Shown here one piece after another: positions 41,590-50,371 of a DNA stretch of 64,000 bases. Location of the stretch: the NCBI GenBank assembly GCA_963789265.1, contig CAWBKB010000005.1:544001-608000 (forward strand), written 5' to 3'. Positions within the stretch are counted from its first letter, which is position 1. Every line of letters begins with the position of its first letter. The position numbers were made by a program, and so were the translations under genes. The notes beneath the pieces were generated by a model. That model searched no databases. It had not been told where the DNA came from and saw nothing but the letters and a program-made list of their open reading frames with translations. This stretch comes from an uncultured delta proteobacterium (GTDB taxonomy: Bacteria > Desulfobacterota > Desulfomonilia > Desulfomonilales > Desulfomonilaceae).

Positions 41590-42732
41590 TCACATCAACC
41601 TGGAAATGATAACCTTCTGAATGTCAGAAGTTCCGCCGCCGATCGGGGCAAGACGGCTGTCTCTGAAAACACGCTCGACGTCATATTCGCGACAATAACC
41701 GTAACCGCCGTGTAGGACCATTGCATCATTGGCAGGTCCCAGAGACCAATCTCCAAGAAAGAGCTTGGCAATCGCCGCTTCCAAGTGATTCAAAGGCCGA
41801 CCTTGATCCTTACACCACGCAATGCGATAGACCAGCGATCTGGCCGCCTCCAGGAATATCTTCATGTCCGCGATCTTGTGTCTGACGGCCTGGAAATACG
41901 ATATTGGTCGCCCGAATTGATATCTTTCCTGTGCGTATCGGCAACAACGTTGAATGAGAAAAGAAAACGCGCCCAAAAAAGGCGCTAATAAAGTGCTTCT
42001 ATCCCATTCCACAGTTTGCATGGACATCATGAAACCATTGCCTTCGGAACCGAGCAAGTTTTCCAGTGGAATAACACAGTCCTGAAACGCAAGCTCTGAC
42101 GTGGGTGAAGTCCGGACGCCCATTTTTTGGAGATTTCGACTCACCGAAAAACCAGGAGTGCCTTTCTCCACGATAAATGCCGAAATTCCCGCATGCACCG
42201 CGGATGGATCGGTCTTGGCGTAAATTACCGCGACATCGGCTATTGCTCCGTTTGTAATGAACATCTTGCTGCCATTTAGCACCCAGGAGTCGCCCATTTT
42301 CTCAGCCCTGGTCCTGAGCGATGCCACATCCGAACCCGCGCCCGGTTCGGTAAGCCCCATGCAGCCTATCCATTCGCCCCTGGCAAGCTTAGGAATATAT
42401 TTCCTTTTCTGAGCTTCGTTTCCATGAGTAAAGATCGTGTCCGCGCAAAGATAGGTGTGAGCGCCGTAACTCAGAGTCAGGCCGCCATCGACCCCGGCCT
42501 CTCCAAGAGCTTCCGCAGCAAGCACCGACGTGAGGACGTCTGCTCCACCACCCCCAAACTCCTCAGGAAAATGGAGTCCCAGAATCCCGAATTCACCCAG
42601 CTTTTGCCAGGATTGAAAATCGAATTCACCTTTGAAGTCGTGTTCTTGAACCCGCGGTACTGTCTCGCGGCGAGCAAATTTTAAGACCTGGTCTCTAAAC
42701 ATTAGCTGTTCATCGCTCAAAGCGAAGTCCAT
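41590..42732 (-). CDS. Acyl-CoA dehydrogenase
   Basis: MGLTEPGAGSD, NGSKMFITN, RYQFGRPI, GGYGY, IGGGTSDIQ. Confidence 0.92.
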   Translation of the reverse strand: MDFALSDEQLMFRDQVLKFARRETVPRVQEHDFKGEFDFQSWQKLGEFGILGLHFPEEFGGGGADVLTSVLAAEALGEAGVDGGLTLSYGAHTYLCADTIFTHGNEAQKRKYIPKLARGEWIGCMGLTEPGAGSDVASLRTRAEKMGDSWVLNGSKMFITNGAIADVAVIYAKTDPSAVHAGISAFIVEKGTPGFSVSRNLQKMGVRTSPTSELAFQDCVIPLENLLGSEGNGFMMSMQTVEWDRSTLLAPFLGAFSFLIQRCCRYAQERYQFGRPISYFQAVRHKIADMKIFLEAARSLVYRIAWCKDQGRPLNHLEAAIAKLFLGDWSLGPANDAMVLHGGYGYCREYDVERVFRDSRLAPIGGGTSDIQKVIISRLM

Positions 42733-42762
42733 CAAATATCCTCCTGTGCAACTCCCGAAAAT

Positions 42763-44346
42763 TCATACCGTTGTCTGCAAGTAGTCTTCTTTCAATTTGG
42801 ATTTCATAATCTTACCAACCGGAGTCAGTGGTAACGAGTCAACGAAAACCACTTGACGAGGGATTTTGTAGTCGGCCAGAGAGGATCGACAGTGCTGGAG
42901 TACCTCTTCCTGTGTCACAGTCGCACCGGGTTTCGGAACGATGTAGTAGCGACCGATCTCTCCCAGGATTGTATCAGGAACGCCGATTCCCGCCACCATA
43001 GCGACCTTGGGATGTTTGGCTACAAGATTCTCCACCTCAACGGGGTAAACATTGAATCCGCCTTGTACATACATTTCTTTAAGCCGTCCCATAAGCGTAA
43101 TGTAACCGTTCTCGTCCAGGTAACCCATATCTCCTGTGCGCAGCCATCCTTCTTCGCCAAACGTCTCGACGGTTTCCTGCGGCATTCTGAAATAACCGGG
43201 TATCACGCAATCGCCCTTGATAAGGATTTCCCCCACCTCCCCGATGGGAACATCTGCTCCGTCGGCCCCCCGGACCTTCACGTTGAAATCGCCGAGCGGT
43301 TTCCCGATTGAACGAATGGTCGCGTCGAAATCTGAATCCCATGGACTCATGATTACAGTACCTGACGTCTCGGAGAGGCCGTACAAGTTCATTACCTTGG
43401 CCTTTGGAAACGTTTCGTACAATTGTTTCAACAGCGGCGGTTCCGCGTTGGATCCTCCTGTGATCACAAGACGGACGGAGTCCTTGTTGAAATCGTTCAT
43501 GCCTTCGTTCAGAAGCATAAGCGTGTGCATGGTCGGGACTCCCACGAAGAGGGAGGGAGGGTCAGACGCCGCCTGCTTGATCATGATTTTGGGATCGAAC
43601 ATTGGAATGAGATGGCACGTGCCGCGAGCGACAAGCATCGTCAGTAAGCAACACGTGACACCGCCCACGTGGTTGAATGGAAGAGCTAATTGAAGCGAAT
43701 CTCCGGGTACTGCTCGAATGTGTTTCGCCTCTGCCCGGGCAGAAGCCAATTGACTACGGTGCGTGTTGCCGGCGCCTTTCGGTTTCCCGGTTGTTCCGGA
43801 CGTGTAAATGATCATGATAAGATCTTCAGGAGATACAGAGCCTTGAGATGATTCCAGGGCAGCTCTATTCACGGGAGTTTGAAGCAAAACTTGATAGTCG
43901 TGGCTTCCTTTGTCACCGGGATCGCCTATAAAGATGAAATCACGCACAGACGGAATGCGTTCTCTCATGCCCTTGAAGAACTGCACATAATCCATGTCAC
44001 CTGCCGATGCGAGTGACACAATGGCCCTTGCCTCGGAGTGGTTGAGGATGTAATTCAGCTCTGTTTCGCGATACCGCACCGAGAGGCCCACAACCACTGC
44101 TCCTATCTTCGCCGCGGCAAAATACGTGTAAACCCACTCCGGCTGGTTCAAGGCGATTATGCCGATACGGTCGCCCTTTTGAAAACCAAGGTTCAGCAAC
44201 CCCGCGGCAACGTGATCAGAGCGCCGATCCACTTCTTCGAAGGTTAAATCGCTCCCCTGCCACGTGTACCCTCGACCTGATGTGCGGTCCCGCGCTGCTT
44301 CCTTGAGCGCTCGCCAGATGACCTCGGCCTCCGAAACGTTTGCCAT
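42763..44346 (-). CDS. Acyl-CoA synthetase (AMP-forming ligase)
   Basis: YTSGTTGKPKG, YGLSET, TGDMG, GFNVYP.EVE, GKI.K. Confidence 0.92.
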   Translation of the reverse strand: MANVSEAEVIWRALKEAARDRTSGRGYTWQGSDLTFEEVDRRSDHVAAGLLNLGFQKGDRIGIIALNQPEWVYTYFAAAKIGAVVVGLSVRYRETELNYILNHSEARAIVSLASAGDMDYVQFFKGMRERIPSVRDFIFIGDPGDKGSHDYQVLLQTPVNRAALESSQGSVSPEDLIMIIYTSGTTGKPKGAGNTHRSQLASARAEAKHIRAVPGDSLQLALPFNHVGGVTCCLLTMLVARGTCHLIPMFDPKIMIKQAASDPPSLFVGVPTMHTLMLLNEGMNDFNKDSVRLVITGGSNAEPPLLKQLYETFPKAKVMNLYGLSETSGTVIMSPWDSDFDATIRSIGKPLGDFNVKVRGADGADVPIGEVGEILIKGDCVIPGYFRMPQETVETFGEEGWLRTGDMGYLDENGYITLMGRLKEMYVQGGFNVYPVEVENLVAKHPKVAMVAGIGVPDTILGEIGRYYIVPKPGATVTQEEVLQHCRSSLADYKIPRQVVFVDSLPLTPVGKIMKSKLKEDYLQTTV

Positions 44347-44455
44347 CAGTTCGACTCCTTTCTGTAACATCGCTAAACGTGGTTGGCTCTGTCCGGGGAG
44401 ATAGGTTCGGCCCCATGGCAACGAGCGTCTTTCGAAAAAGGCACTTGGGTTTCTG

Positions 44456-44499
44456 AACGACTAGTCGTTTTTTTATCAGCCTCGCGTGGTCAGTGTCAA
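44456..44499 (-). promoter_or_regulatory. Candidate promoter and palindromic operator of the catabolic operon
   Basis: Minus-strand TTGACA at 44499-44494; perfect palindrome AACGACTAGTCGTT at 44456-44469, near the expected transcription start. Confidence 0.65.
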
Positions 44500-44554
44500 G
44501 ATTTTTCAATTCCTCGCGGCACTCTTTCACTTCCATAGTGAATCTGCTCCCCTT

Positions 44555-44698
44555 GTCATTGCGAGGAGTGAATGGTGGGGCAGGCTTCCAGCCTGTCTAT
44601 TAGGGATGACGGGCAATCCCGCGTTCCGCACGGGACATTCCACCGGCAATCTGAGCGATGTTTAGAGGAAAGGGTTGCTTCGCTTCGCTCGGAATGAC
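44555..44698. repeat. GTCATTGCG-type composite REP element
   Basis: gtcattgcgaggagtgaa...ttcgctcggaatgac enclosing gtggggcaggcttccagcctgtc and atcccgcgttccgcacgggac. Confidence 0.7.
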
Positions 44699-44797
44699 TC
44701 TCTCCCCTGATTAAGTAAGTTTAGTCGCTCATTGGCCTTCTTTGAAATGATCATCTATTTGGGGAGCATTGCAGCCTCCCCTCCGGATCGCCCGCTC

Positions 44798-44839
44798 TTG
44801 ACAGTTCTCATCTCCTTTTGGTACAAACGACTGATCGTT
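44798..44839 (+). promoter_or_regulatory. Candidate TetR promoter and second operator copy
   Basis: TTGACA at 44798-44803, TACAAA at 44822-44827, AACGACTGATCGTT at 44826-44839. Confidence 0.65.
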
Positions 44840-44859
44840 CAGAATGGCATACTACGAGT

Positions 44860-45496
44860 ATGAAAACTAAAATTCAGAATCCTGAAAGAGTGAAGCTTCG
44901 TAGAAAGCAGATTTATCACGGAGCAATGAAAGTTTTCCGAAAGAAGGGCTTTCATGCAGCTTCTATTCGGGAAATCGCCGAGGCCAGTCGTCTCAGTCCC
45001 GGAGCGCTGTACAACTACATAGACAAGAAAGAAGATATTCTGTACCTTGGTACACGAGGAACTCCTCACTAATATTGATGAATGTCTTGATAAAGCTCTT
45101 CAGAGGCACCGGGATCCAGTACAAAGACTCGTGCAAGTGGTGCGGGACATTTTCGAGTTCAGCCTCCGGCTAAAGGAAGAGACGCTCTTCATGTACACGG
45201 AATCCAAGTTCCTGGAAAAACAATACTTGCACAAAGTACTTGAGCAGGAATCCAGATTTGTCTCTAGACTCGAGGCGCTTATCAGAGAGGGGATAAGTAA
45301 AGGCGTATTTGAATGTAGCGAACCAGGCGTATTTGCCAACATCCTGGCCCTGTTGATGGCTCTGATCCCGCTGCGCAGTTGGAATCTCGTGCCTTATTAC
45401 TCGGAAAAGGAAATTCTCGAAGAACTCGTCACGCTTCTCTTAAGAGGATTGAGGGCGGACGAAGTGCTACCTGTATCTAAGAGCACGTCCGCATAG
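44860..45496 (+). CDS. TetR/AcrR-family transcriptional regulator (+1 frameshift near 45046)
   Basis: F.KKGFHAASIREIA...GALYNY..KEDIL HTH; C-terminal domain in the next frame; divergent from the catabolic operon. Confidence 0.88.
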
Positions 45497-45744
45497 GCGT
45501 TGAAACAAGTGCGGATCAACAGAAAACATTCCGAATTGACCCCCGATCCAGCCTGATTATATTAGAACAAGGTTCATAGAATGCTTCCGTGGAGGATTCA
45601 AAATGAAGAACAGGAAAGCATGCTGTTTCATGGGAAGCTTCTGCAAGGAATTAAAGAAATCTGACTGTCTGAAAGCCGGCGGCAAAGTAGTAGAAGATTG
45701 CTCAAGGTGCAAGTAACTGAAATAATATCGTTTTGTTGGTGCCG

Positions 45745-45897
45745 ATGATTGAAGGTAGGTCGGCATTAACCAATGATGAATTGGATGTTTTTCGCGGCAA
45801 ACGGGAAGAATTCGTGGGAAAGCTCCAAGAAAAATACGGCATTCAACGTGAAAGAGCAGAGGAGGAACCTGAGGAGTTTCTTCGGAAGCTTCACTGA
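45745..45897 (+). CDS. CsbD/YjbJ-like small protein, apparently lacking its N-terminal helix (below the ORF-track cutoff)
   Basis: Manual translation MIEGRSALTNDELDVFRGKREEFVGKLQEKYGIQRERAEEEPEEFLRKLH matches the LTDDD...GKR..LVGKIQERYG...AE pattern. Confidence 0.7.
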   Translation: MIEGRSALTNDELDVFRGKREEFVGKLQEKYGIQRERAEEEPEEFLRKLH

Positions 45898-46015
45898 GCA
45901 ACGCTTTCACTTTAATCTTGGCTCAATTCCCACCGTGAAGTAGCCGTGAAAAATCGTGCTGATAAATGGTAGTACCTGCGCAGAAGTCCACTTCGTAGCG
46001 TCGCTCGTAGTGCGC

Positions 46016-46423
46016 TTAGGCCGGTGTCGCAGGGCTTTGCCCACCTTTTTTTCCAGGCTCTTTCCTCACTTTCTTTGCAGGTTGTTTGGGCCGGGCGCGG
46101 CCTCCTGTGGCCCGCTCTTCCGCGGCTCGCACCTGCCCAATGACTGCTTCTTCATCTATTCTCTTGCTCTGAATCCGCTTCAAATCACTCTTTGCTCCAG
46201 CTTCCTTTGCCCGGACTCTCCTCGGCTCATGAGCAACCTCGGACAAAGTCCGTCGCCCTGTTTCATAAAGTAAGAATCCGCATTTCAAAATTGCCTTCAT
46301 CGCGGGTCTCACAGCAGACCATGCCAATGGCAGAATCACAGGTGCCACAAGCACACTCGCGCCGACTGCTGCGCCGGTCAACACGTCACCAGTAGGTCTA
46401 AATCCCCAGATTTTCATGATCAT
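46016..46423 (-). CDS. DUF5132-like small membrane-associated protein
   Basis: G.AVGA.VLVAPVILP....VRPAMKAILKCG.LLYE pattern with a basic tail. Confidence 0.55.
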   Translation of the reverse strand: MIMKIWGFRPTGDVLTGAAVGASVLVAPVILPLAWSAVRPAMKAILKCGFLLYETGRRTLSEVAHEPRRVRAKEAGAKSDLKRIQSKRIDEEAVIGQVRAAEERATGGRARPKQPAKKVRKEPGKKGGQSPATPA

Positions 46424-46727
46424 CGCCTCCCATTTGTCGGCTCACAACGATTGCCAAAATTAACATGTCTGTTCACACTGCATCCGCGTTTTTGTGGCCA
46501 GGGGGTCAGAAAATACAATTGCGCGGGCACGAAACAATTTGCTGCAATGGGTTCCTCGCCGTCGTTGTTTTCGCGCTTTCGAGACTCCGCGCTAAATGGT
46601 TCTATTAATCAAATTACTTCGTCCTTCGACTCCCCGCAATGAAAACCCCAGCAAATTAGGCAACAAATTGGGCCGCCGTCGATGGTCGTATTTCCTCATA
46701 AACATAAATTGTATCGGAAGTTTATAC

Positions 46728-46756
46728 TTGACAAACGCAAATATTTATGATACAGT
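46728..46756 (+). promoter_or_regulatory. Transposase promoter overlapping the left TIR
   Basis: TTGACA-N17-TACAGT with an extended -10 TG. Confidence 0.65.
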
Positions 46757-46789
46757 CCCCCCTAGATAATAAGCACAAAGGGGACTGCC

Positions 46790-47722
46790 ATGAAAGCCGA
46801 AACTTTAAACCTCGCTACTCTTTCCCCGCTGTTCGCCGACGAAGAGGCTGCCCGCAAATTTCTTGAAGCACAAAGATGGCTGAACGGTCCGGTGTGTCCC
46901 CGCTGTGGTAGCACAAGAGCACATGCGCTTACCCCGAGAGAAGGATCAAAGAGGCCGGTAAGAAAAGGTGTGTACTTTTGTGGCGGGTGCCGCAAGCAGT
47001 TCACGGTTAGGATAGGCACCATCTTTGAAGATTCTCATATTCCCTTGAACAAATGGCTTATAGCTTTCCATCTGATGTCGAGCAGCAAGAAGGGAGTCAG
47101 TTCCATGCAATTGCATCGTGAACTTGGCATCACTCTGAAGTCTGCCTGGTTCCTCAGCCACAGAATCAGGGAGGCTATGGCAGAGAAGCATGACGGCTTG
47201 TTGTGTGGAATTGTCGAAGTAGATGAAACATACGTCGGCGGTAAACCCCGTAAGGGCAGCAACGGCTCTAAGCGCGGCCGTGGCACTGATAAGATTCCTG
47301 TTATGGCTTTGGTAGAAAGAAATGGAAATGTTCGATCTAAGCCTGTCGAGCGCGTTAATGCAAAGGCTCTGAGAGGCGCAATTTTTGAGAATGTGGACAG
47401 AGGTGCTCACATTGTGACCGATGAATTTGCTGCCTATAATGGGATCGGGATGTACTATCGCAGCCACAAGAAAGTAAACCATAAGCAAGGTGAGTATTCG
47501 AGAGGCGACGTAACTACGAATACAGTTGAATCCTTTTTTGCTATCCTGAAACGTGGTCATTATGGGATCTTTCACAGCCTCAGCAAGCAACACCTGCATC
47601 GTTATTGCAACGAATTTGCCTTTCGGTGGAATAATCGCAAGGTGAGTGACGGCGAGCGTATGATTGCTGCTATAATGGGGGTAGAAGGCAAGAGGCTTAT
47701 GTATCGCCAGAGCGTAAACTGA
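46790..47722 (+). CDS. IS1595-family DDE transposase
   Basis: Zn ribbon CPRC/CGGC, HTH, VEVDETYVGG, VTDEF, TNTVESFF, YCNEFAFRWN. Confidence 0.95.
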   Translation: MKAETLNLATLSPLFADEEAARKFLEAQRWLNGPVCPRCGSTRAHALTPREGSKRPVRKGVYFCGGCRKQFTVRIGTIFEDSHIPLNKWLIAFHLMSSSKKGVSSMQLHRELGITLKSAWFLSHRIREAMAEKHDGLLCGIVEVDETYVGGKPRKGSNGSKRGRGTDKIPVMALVERNGNVRSKPVERVNAKALRGAIFENVDRGAHIVTDEFAAYNGIGMYYRSHKKVNHKQGEYSRGDVTTNTVESFFAILKRGHYGIFHSLSKQHLHRYCNEFAFRWNNRKVSDGERMIAAIMGVEGKRLMYRQSVN

Positions 47723-47735
47723 AGGGAAGGGGACA

Positions 47736-47957
47736 ATGTCCTCATCGGAGAAAAGTCAAATGAAGACCGCAAGCGCAAAGCGGAAGCGAAAAGAGAGCGC
47801 GGGCAAAGAGAAGCCGCCTGGCGAGAAACGGAAGCTGTGCAAACCGCTTTCGCTTTCATGTTTCACCTTTGATGAAATAGTAAAAACGGCTCTGGCAACC
47901 AAGCCGAAGAAGAAGGGCCAAGGTCAAAAGACAGAAGATGAGCCAGAAGACGGATGA
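47736..47957 (+). CDS. Small basic protein between the transposase and the methyltransferase
   Basis: Purine-rich RBS-like sequence upstream; fills the gap and overlaps the next start; core KPLSL..FTFDEIVKTALATKP. Confidence 0.55.
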   Translation: MSSSEKSQMKTASAKRKRKESAGKEKPPGEKRKLCKPLSLSCFTFDEIVKTALATKPKKKGQGQKTEDEPEDG

Positions 47958-49641
47958 ACGGAAAAATCAACTCTACTTTGGGGATAACCTCCAAATTCTC
48001 AGAGAGCATGTAGATGACGAGTCAGTTGACCTGATTTATCTTGACCCACCCTTCAACTCTCAGGCCACCTACAACGTGCTATTTGGAGAACAAGACGGTT
48101 CCCGATCTCAAGCTCAAATCGCCGCGTTCGAGGACACGTGGGAATGGAGTGCTGAGGCTGAATCTATCTATCGTGAAGTGGTCACTGAAAAACCTGGAAG
48201 GCTTGCCGATTTTCTTCAGGCTTTACGAAGCATTCTCAAAAGTAGCAATATGATGGCTTATCTAGTAATGATGTCTCCCAGATTACTGGAACTCCACAGA
48301 ATCCTAAAATCATCTGGAAGTATCTATCTTCATTGCGACCCAACGGCGAGTCATTACCTTAAACTATTGATGGATACGATTTTCGACCCGAGGAATTTTA
48401 GGAATGAAATCATCTGGAAAAGGACTGGCGCACACAGTTCAGCTAAAAAATTTGGGCCTGTCCACGACACGCTTTTATTCTACTCAAAGTCATCGGATTA
48501 TAAATGGCTGCCCATCTTTCAACCATACGGTGAACACTATTTGGCGACTAAATATCGGTACGAAGATGAACGAGGTACGTATAGATTAGTCGATCTGACC
48601 GCTGCTGGATTGAGAACCGGCTCAAGTAAACCCTGGCGAGGCTGCAATCCAGAAGAAAAGGGCCGACATTGGGCTGTACCAAATAGCATCCTTGCTTCTC
48701 TCGTAGACATTGACAAAAACCGAAGCATGTCTACGAATGCAAAGCTAGACTTGTTAGATGGACACGGCTATATTTATTGGCCCGAAAAGGGAAGAAAAGA
48801 AGAAAGGGGGCGCCCTCACTATAAACGGTACCTAACAGGCGGCATACATGCTCAAGACGTGATTACCGATATTCCCCCTATTAATTCCCAAGCGAAGGAA
48901 CGACTCCATTATCCTACTCAAAAACCCGAAGCCCTCTTAGAGCGCATCATTAAGGCTTCCAGTAATAAAGGGGATATCGTGCTCGACCCCTTCTGTGGTT
49001 GCGGGACTACAATTAACGTCGCCGAACGCCTGCATAGAAGATGGATCGGGATTGATATTACTCACCTCGCAATCGCTCTTATCAGGAACCGGCTTCAAGA
49101 CACGTTTGCAACGGAGCTTTCCCCTTATGAGGTTCTGGGTTCCCCGAAAGACCTGTCCAGCGCTAAGGCCCTCGCTCTTCAGGATCGTTATCAATTTGAG
49201 TGGTGGGCTTTGAGCCTTGTAGAGGCCCGGCCTGCCCAGGACAGGAAAAAAGGCGCAGATTCAGGCATCGACGGTTACATTAACTTCTTTGACGACGGAA
49301 GCGGGAAAGCTAAGAAAATCATTGTCCAGGTGAAAAGCGGACACATAGGCGTTAAAGAAATGAGGGATTTTATCCATGTGGTTGACCGAGAGAAGGCAGC
49401 AATTGGGGTCTTTATAACCCTTGAATCACCTACCGGACCGATGAAGGACGAGGCTCTCGCGGCCGGTTATTACTCGCCCGAACGCCTCGCCAAGGAACAC
49501 ACCGCACTGAAGATCCAAATTGTCACTATAGGGGAACTACTTGGCGGTGTTCAGATCCGATATCCGCGCATGCTCGTAACTACGTTCAAAAGGGCTGAAC
49601 GGAAGTATAAAGATAGTCCTCAGCAAGATAACTTGTTATGA
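47938..49641 (+). CDS. Beta-class N6-adenine/N4-cytosine DNA methyltransferase with a C-terminal Mrr-like PD-(D/E/Q)xK nuclease domain
   Basis: LYFGDNL, YLDPPFN, YPTQKPEALL, LDPFCGCGTT; C-terminal ADSGIDG...IIVQVKSG and GVFITL. Confidence 0.88.
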   Translation: MSQKTDERKNQLYFGDNLQILREHVDDESVDLIYLDPPFNSQATYNVLFGEQDGSRSQAQIAAFEDTWEWSAEAESIYREVVTEKPGRLADFLQALRSILKSSNMMAYLVMMSPRLLELHRILKSSGSIYLHCDPTASHYLKLLMDTIFDPRNFRNEIIWKRTGAHSSAKKFGPVHDTLLFYSKSSDYKWLPIFQPYGEHYLATKYRYEDERGTYRLVDLTAAGLRTGSSKPWRGCNPEEKGRHWAVPNSILASLVDIDKNRSMSTNAKLDLLDGHGYIYWPEKGRKEERGRPHYKRYLTGGIHAQDVITDIPPINSQAKERLHYPTQKPEALLERIIKASSNKGDIVLDPFCGCGTTINVAERLHRRWIGIDITHLAIALIRNRLQDTFATELSPYEVLGSPKDLSSAKALALQDRYQFEWWALSLVEARPAQDRKKGADSGIDGYINFFDDGSGKAKKIIVQVKSGHIGVKEMRDFIHVVDREKAAIGVFITLESPTGPMKDEALAAGYYSPERLAKEHTALKIQIVTIGELLGGVQIRYPRMLVTTFKRAERKYKDSPQQDNLL

Positions 49642-49962
49642 CGCTACGTAATCCTTCAGTCTACTCGAACTAGCCTGTATTCCCACCGCGATGCTCTCGA
49701 TATAGACCTTTTCATGATTGTATCTATACAAAACTTCGATAGGTGGGAATCTGCCTGAAATGTGCAAATACAACCCAATACCTAAACTGGCACAGACGAC
49801 GCCCCTGATGCCGACTTCATCCGGGCGAGCAGCAAGCATCATTTCTATCTTGCGATAGGTTCGATCAAATTCCGGTGAATCTACGGTCCAAGAATCTACT
49901 GTTGATTCTGCCGCATGCTCTAATACGACTGTTCTAACCCTGCAATCAATAACAGAGCCCAT
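49636..49962 (-). CDS. Hypothetical protein, possibly RelE/ParE-like fold
   Basis: 108 aa with RBS AGGAG; strand-helix-helix start (RTVVLEHAAE...LAARP) and terminal hairpin IEVLYRY...VYIESI. Confidence 0.5.
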   Translation of the reverse strand: MGSVIDCRVRTVVLEHAAESTVDSWTVDSPEFDRTYRKIEMMLAARPDEVGIRGVVCASLGIGLYLHISGRFPPIEVLYRYNHEKVYIESIAVGIQASSSRLKDYVAS

Positions 49963-50342
49963 TTTGAATGTACTCCTAGCCCGTAAGCCACAAAAGACTT
50001 GACACCCGTCAGCTTCTATGATTTAAACGAGCTACGCCCTTTGGGCAAAATAGGCACTTTAGCCCATTCCCAGCGGACGAGAAGAGGACAGGCTGCTACC
50101 TGTCTCAGTTAAAATTTACCTGCACCAATCTGCAAACACTAAAACGACCGGACGCGCCCTACGCCTCCCGGTGTTTATGGGCGCATCATTATCGCCGCAC
50201 ATCGCACTTGTCAAGCAAAATTATATACTTAAAGCCATTTCCGCGAAAGTACGCGAACTTCCTAAATTTACTAAGAGAACCTGATTCGTCTTGATTCTGT
50301 GTGTTTAGATGGGATAATGAAAATTCTGATCCTCTAAGCGAG

Positions 50343-50371
50343 ATAGTAAGCTAGGCTGGTGCGTTTGTCAA
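50343..50371 (-). promoter_or_regulatory. Inward-facing promoter overlapping the right TIR
   Basis: Minus strand TTGACA-N17-TACTAT. Confidence 0.6.
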
